From: Ruminococcus sp.
GTDB taxonomy: Bacteria > Bacillota > Clostridia > Oscillospirales > Acutalibacteraceae
Direction: 5' to 3'
DNA: 64,000 nt
NCBI GenBank assembly: GCA_045545935.1
Contig: JAZQBV010000005.1
Location: forward strand, 160,112-224,111
Shown here: one piece after another, positions 59,788-64,000 of the stretch
Layout: each line of letters opens with the position of its first letter
Numbering within the stretch: position 1 is the stretch's first letter
Notes under the pieces: model-generated
Told to the model about the DNA's origin: nothing
Databases searched by the model: none
Seen by the model: only the letters and a program-made list of their open reading frames with translations
Position numbers and translations under genes: made by a program

Positions 59788-59850
59788 CTTTTTCATTATT
59801 TACAATTTATTAACTTGCATACTTTGTTGTGATATGTTAATATTAGCTTA

Positions 59851-59934
59851 ATGGGGGAGTAGCAAGCGCAATAGCGTAGCAAGTCAACAACCTCGACCTT
59901 AATGGTCTGGCTTGTTTTAAATTGCGAGACCCAT
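59851..59934 (+). ncRNA. yybP-ykoY manganese riboswitch
   Basis: ATGGG/CCCAT P1, GGGGAGTAGC, AAGTCAACAA and GCGAGACC consensus elements; upstream of a P-type ATPase. Confidence 0.88.
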
Positions 59935-59976
59935 GTGTGCATATGCTATACATGGGATCATTATATAGTTTTTGAT

Positions 59977-60009
59977 ACCGGGTATGTATATGACATACTC
60001 GGTTTTTTT
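59977..60009 (+). terminator. Leader terminator of the Mn riboswitch
   Basis: ACCGGGTATGT/ACATACTCGGT stem plus T-run just before the GGAGG RBS. Confidence 0.8.
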
Positions 60010-60022
60010 ATTGGAGGTTATT

Positions 60023-62623
60023 ATGACAGGATTAAACAAACAACAGGTTATAGAGAGCAGAGAAAAGTACGGCTCAAACAAGCTGCCCGAGCCAAAACTA
60101 AAGCGCTGGTACAATTTTGCACTTGATGCTCTTAGTGAGAATATTACGAAAATTCTGATATTCATAGCAGTGGTTCAGCTTGTTCTTGCTTTTTTAGGAG
60201 TTATGGAGTTTTTCGAGCCTATTATGATTATCTTTTTGCTTTGTATAATCACAGCTATTGCTATACGCACAGGACTCTCAGTTCAGAAGTCATCCACAGA
60301 GCTCAGACGAAAGTCGAGCGAGCGATACTGTGACGTGATAAGAGACGGTGAGCTCGTTACAATCAACAAAGACGACATAGTGGTCGGCGACATTGTATGC
60401 GTACAGCTTGGTCGTGAGATTTTTGCAGACGGTTACATTATTGAGGGTAAAATCACAGTCAATAACGCAGCCATAAACGGCGAGACAGTAGAGTGCAAAA
60501 AGTCACCAATAGAGAACTATATTCATCAAAAAACCACCTCGACCGATGCCTATACTAATCAGAATTGTCTTTTCTCAGGTACTACGGTTATGTCTGGCGA
60601 GGGCAAGATGATAGTCACAGATGTCGGTGTCAATACCGTCAACGGCGACACATTAGTCAAAACTCAGACTTTAGAAGCACCAAAGACAGCTCTTGATATA
60701 GCGCTCGATAAGCTTAGCTCATTTATTTCCAAGTGGGGCACTCTTGCGGCTGTAATTACTTTTATTGTACTGACATTTTCAGGTGTTGCAGAGCTCGGCT
60801 TTTCTCAGTATTTTTCTGGTAATATACTCAATATTATTCAGAGAATTGCCTCTAATTTCTCTATAGCTCTCACTATTGTCGTTGCTGCTGTGCCCGAGGG
60901 CTTGCCACTTATCGTCAAGCTTGTCACAAAGCAGAACGTCAAGACTATGGAGCGTTCTAATATATTAGCAAAAAACCCCGGCAAAATCCCCGAGCTTGCA
61001 TATGTCAACCTTGTTTGTACTGACAAGACAGGTACCCTGACCACAGGCGTTATGTCACCCAAGAAGATAGTCGATGCCTCAGGTGTTAGTATAGACTCGG
61101 ATTCAAAACTATTCAGCGTAATCAAAGATAATATTGTACTCAATAATAGTGCGTCATTTGATACTCAGAACAATATCACAGGCGGTAATTCAATAGACAG
61201 AGCTGTTTTGTCGTTAGTCACAGTAGATGAGTATAATTCAATTGTTAAGTCAAACACCCAGCTTGATAAGCAGGTGTTCAGTAGCGTCAATAAGTATTCT
61301 GCTTTTTCAACAACTGGTGGCATCACCTATTACAAGGGTGCACCTGAGAAAATCATAGCATCTTGTACAGAATATATGACTCAGGACGGTGTGGTCGATA
61401 GCTTTGACCCGAGAGTGCTTGAGGATAAAATCAGGGAGTTTAATTCTAACTCTATACGTTGTATTGCCTTGTCTGTTTCAAAGAGTCCACTTGTTGAGAA
61501 CGAGATGCCTACCGATATGACTTTCTTAGGGGTTATCGGCGTAGTTGACCCTGTCAGAGAAGAGGTGCCCCTTGCTGTCAAACAGGCACATGATGCGGGT
61601 ATACAGGTTATCGAGATTACAGGCGACTGTATTGAGACCGCAATTGCCGTTGCTAAGGAGTGCGGTATCTACGAGGATGGAGATGTAGCGCTGACAAATA
61701 ATCAGTTTGAGTTACTGTCAGACGAAGAGGTTATCGAGCTTATTCCAAAGCTTAGAGTAATATCCCGCTGTTCACCTAATACAAAGCTCAGGCTCATCAC
61801 TCTTGCTCAGAGTATCGGTATGTCAGTAGCTATGACAGGCGATGGTGTCAATGACTCACCTGCACTCAAAAAAGCCGATGTCGGCTTTGGTATGCAGACA
61901 GGTAGCGATGTCTGCAAAGAAGCATCAGATGTCATTTTAACAGACGATAACTTTGCCTCTGTTGTCAAAGGTATCAAGCTCGGCAGAACCTTTATGCATA
62001 ACATAATGATGTTCTTGGAGTTTCAGTTGCCTATTAACATTTCATTGCTTTTGTTGTCAATGATTTATCCGATATTTATGGTAGGCTCTATCCTTGCATC
62101 AGTACAGATACTTATTATCAATATTGTAATGGATTCGCTCAATTCTTTGTCCTTTGGTTCAGAACCACCCAAGGATGAGTATATGTCCGAAAAACCTATC
62201 AAAAAAGGCACAGGGTTGTTCGTTCGTGGTGCAAAGTCAAAGATTGCCGTCAGCACCATAGCTTTTATCTGTGCTTATGCAATACTAATCTGTACACCAA
62301 TGTATAATCTTTTCACAACAGAAGAAGCAAAGCTTACTGCACGCTTTGCTCTGATATGCTTTATGGCAGTTCTGAACGGTTTTAATATTCGAACAGACAG
62401 CCTCAACCTTTTCAAAGGCTTGTCAAAGAACAAGTTGTTTGTAAGAATAGCACTTTCAATATTTGTCGGAGTCATTCTTGTTTGCACCTTTACAGGACCG
62501 TTGTGCAGTGTAACACCATTAAATTTCTTGCAGTGGGTTAGTGTGTTCTTGCTTGCATTTGTTGTTATTGTTTTCGACCTTGTACGCAAGCTTATCTTGC
62601 ATTACAGAAAGGCTGAACAATAA
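60023..62623 (+). CDS. P-type II ATPase (PMCA/YoaB-like), probable Mn2+/Ca2+ exporter
   Basis: INGE, VPEGLP, DKTGTLT, KGAPE, ITGD and TGDGVNDSPAL motifs; GGAGG RBS before ATG 60023. Confidence 0.93.
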   Translation: MTGLNKQQVIESREKYGSNKLPEPKLKRWYNFALDALSENITKILIFIAVVQLVLAFLGVMEFFEPIMIIFLLCIITAIAIRTGLSVQKSSTELRRKSSERYCDVIRDGELVTINKDDIVVGDIVCVQLGREIFADGYIIEGKITVNNAAINGETVECKKSPIENYIHQKTTSTDAYTNQNCLFSGTTVMSGEGKMIVTDVGVNTVNGDTLVKTQTLEAPKTALDIALDKLSSFISKWGTLAAVITFIVLTFSGVAELGFSQYFSGNILNIIQRIASNFSIALTIVVAAVPEGLPLIVKLVTKQNVKTMERSNILAKNPGKIPELAYVNLVCTDKTGTLTTGVMSPKKIVDASGVSIDSDSKLFSVIKDNIVLNNSASFDTQNNITGGNSIDRAVLSLVTVDEYNSIVKSNTQLDKQVFSSVNKYSAFSTTGGITYYKGAPEKIIASCTEYMTQDGVVDSFDPRVLEDKIREFNSNSIRCIALSVSKSPLVENEMPTDMTFLGVIGVVDPVREEVPLAVKQAHDAGIQVIEITGDCIETAIAVAKECGIYEDGDVALTNNQFELLSDEEVIELIPKLRVISRCSPNTKLRLITLAQSIGMSVAMTGDGVNDSPALKKADVGFGMQTGSDVCKEASDVILTDDNFASVVKGIKLGRTFMHNIMMFLEFQLPINISLLLLSMIYPIFMVGSILASVQILIINIVMDSLNSLSFGSEPPKDEYMSEKPIKKGTGLFVRGAKSKIAVSTIAFICAYAILICTPMYNLFTTEEAKLTARFALICFMAVLNGFNIRTDSLNLFKGLSKNKLFVRIALSIFVGVILVCTFTGPLCSVTPLNFLQWVSVFLLAFVVIVFDLVRKLILHYRKAEQ

Positions 62624-62656
62624 AAAACCTACAATAAAGTAAAATATCATCAATTT

Positions 62657-62692
62657 TCAGCTGTGGTTTATAATAATCACAGCTGATTTTTT
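62657..62692 (+). terminator. Intrinsic terminator after the P-type ATPase
   Basis: TCAGCTGTGGTT/AATCACAGCTGA stem plus T-run. Confidence 0.82.
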
Positions 62693-62773
62693 ATTATTTA
62701 TTTTGACTTTTAAGAAATATAGTATTATACTAAAAACGATAGTATTAATGAATCTGAACTTTTGGAGATAGAT

Positions 62774-63553
62774 ATGCCAATAAATAATATTAATTATCGT
62801 TATCCTTACAAATCACACAAAAAGAGGAAAAATCACAACAACAAACTGATTGTTGTACTTGTTTGTATGCTGCTTGTGATTAATATAGTCATTTTTGGTG
62901 CATTGTATTTGTTTAAGTGGCGCAACAATGCCGTAGATACAAGTAATACTGTAACTAACTCTAATGGCATAGTTACATCGTTTAGGATAAGTTCATTTCC
63001 TATGCTATCGCAGGGTGAAGAAATGCCAAGTGGCTGTGAAATTACTTCTTTGACTATGACTCTAAACTATTACGATATCCCTGCTGACAAGTTCGACCTT
63101 GCAGATAATTACCTCAAAAAAGGCGAAGTAGGTACTGTCGATTTTAAAGAAGCTTTTGTTGGAGACCCGAGAGATGCTTCGTCATATGGTTGTTATGCTC
63201 CGGTAATTGTTGATACAGCTAACAATTATCTTAAGACAAATAATTTTAATATGACCGCAAAAGACTTAACTGGTACAGAGTTTGATTCTTTGATGACTTA
63301 TGTCAACAACAATACTCCCGTAATCGTTTGGGGCACAAGAGATTGTAAAGCACCAAAGTATACTACAACATGGAACATTGATGGAGAGGACCTTACGTGG
63401 ATACATCCTGAGCACTGTATGGTACTTATAGGATATGATGAACAGTATGTATGGGTAGCTGACCCTATCTATGGTTATGAAGTAGCTTATGACAGAGCTG
63501 ATTTTAAAGACAGATACGATTTTCTTGGCAAGCAAGCTGTGATTATTCAGTAG
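62774..63553 (+). CDS. Membrane-anchored C39-like cysteine peptidase
   Basis: One TM helix; SGCEITSL (Cys), PEHCMVLIGYD (His) and VADP (Asp) triad. Confidence 0.85.
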   Translation: MPINNINYRYPYKSHKKRKNHNNKLIVVLVCMLLVINIVIFGALYLFKWRNNAVDTSNTVTNSNGIVTSFRISSFPMLSQGEEMPSGCEITSLTMTLNYYDIPADKFDLADNYLKKGEVGTVDFKEAFVGDPRDASSYGCYAPVIVDTANNYLKTNNFNMTAKDLTGTEFDSLMTYVNNNTPVIVWGTRDCKAPKYTTTWNIDGEDLTWIHPEHCMVLIGYDEQYVWVADPIYGYEVAYDRADFKDRYDFLGKQAVIIQ

Positions 63554-63620
63554 CTTTGTATGCTGCTTTTGTGAGGTTGCACCGTTTTCTCAAAATTAAC
63601 CTGTAAAATAATCTATAATT

Positions 63621-63655
63621 TCACGGCGAAAGGCTTTCTTTCGCCGTGATTTTTT
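63621..63655 (+). terminator. Intrinsic terminator after the C39 gene
   Basis: TCACGGCGAAAG/CTTTCGCCGTGA stem plus T-run. Confidence 0.88.
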
Positions 63656-63757
63656 GCGATTTTATATATAAGTATTATATATAATTGTGTATTTTATATA
63701 CTTATATTTGAGTTTTTTAGATAATTCAATGTAAAATGTCAAAAATATTCTATTTGC

Positions 63758-63786
63758 TTGACTTTAGCGACTCAAAGTGCTAAAAT
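63758..63786 (+). promoter_or_regulatory. SigA promoter of the T-box leader
   Basis: TTGACT-17-TAAAAT with extended TG. Confidence 0.8.
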
Positions 63787-63800
63787 GATTAAAATTTCAA

Positions 63801-64000
63801 AAAGCTATGACGAAGACGGTCTGGGTTGTATCTTTTCAGAGAGTCGGTGTTTGGTGCAAACCGATAAGACGTGACCTGTGTACCTCTCACTTCTGAGCTG
63901 AATACCTGAGACTTTGGTTTAGGGTATTTCGTGGATGCTACGTTAGTGCATAGGGATTGTTTGATTCCGAAGAGTGGCGAGTTATTATTCGCAATTTGAG
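63801..64000 (+). ncRNA. T-box leader, Leu specifier (CUC), truncated by the window end
   Basis: GCTATGA GA-motif, CAGAGA AG-box, GGTGCAA loop, CTC-A-CTTC-TGAG specifier geometry (CTC at 63886-63888), stem II; the window ends at AATTTGAG where the T-box consensus begins. Confidence 0.88.

Noticed and set aside
63666-63707. ATATAAGTAT/ATACTTATAT inverted repeat before the T-box promoter
   Set aside because: Almost all A/T in an AT-rich stretch; likely chance.
1-64000. CRISPR array, rRNA, integrase or transposase
   Set aside because: No regularly spaced repeat series, rRNA-like sequence or recombinase/transposase motifs were seen; the repeats found are two-copy only.

Overview
Core-chromosome segment of a low-GC Firmicute (Clostridia). 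The dockerin-bearing pullulanase points to a Ruminococcus bromii-like starch degrader (inference). Contents in order: two tandem type I pullulanases (one membrane-anchored and 5'-truncated by the window, one dockerin-bearing); two ECF S-components under THF and FMN riboswitches; a cell-envelope cluster (LicD, GT2, YfhO, LCP); a GH13-DUF1653 fusion; pflBA under a ZTP riboswitch; a long housekeeping run (ruvCAB, glmM, methyltransferase, ecfAAT, truA, cvpA, pgsA, clp ATPase); a small accessory zone at 35.5-40.8 kb; a V/A-type ATPase operon; galU, prfB, apgM, dnaD/dnaI-like; a P-type ATPase under a yybP-ykoY Mn2+ riboswitch; a C39 peptidase; and a Leu T-box cut by the window end. Seven intact tRNA genes were found. 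No CRISPR array, rRNA, integrase or transposase was seen. The most novel signals are in the accessory zone. A Crp/Fnr regulator with a perfect TGTGA-N6-TCACA box is positioned to activate a divergent small gene resembling the AcrIII-1/YddF (DUF1874) ring-nuclease fold but lacking its catalytic His. A LytTR/DUF3021 pair has its own direct-repeat operator. Duplication scars and anti-tRNA inverted repeats occur at tRNA-Gly, tRNA-Gln and tRNA-Pro. All family assignments are from motif recognition by eye; no searches were run.
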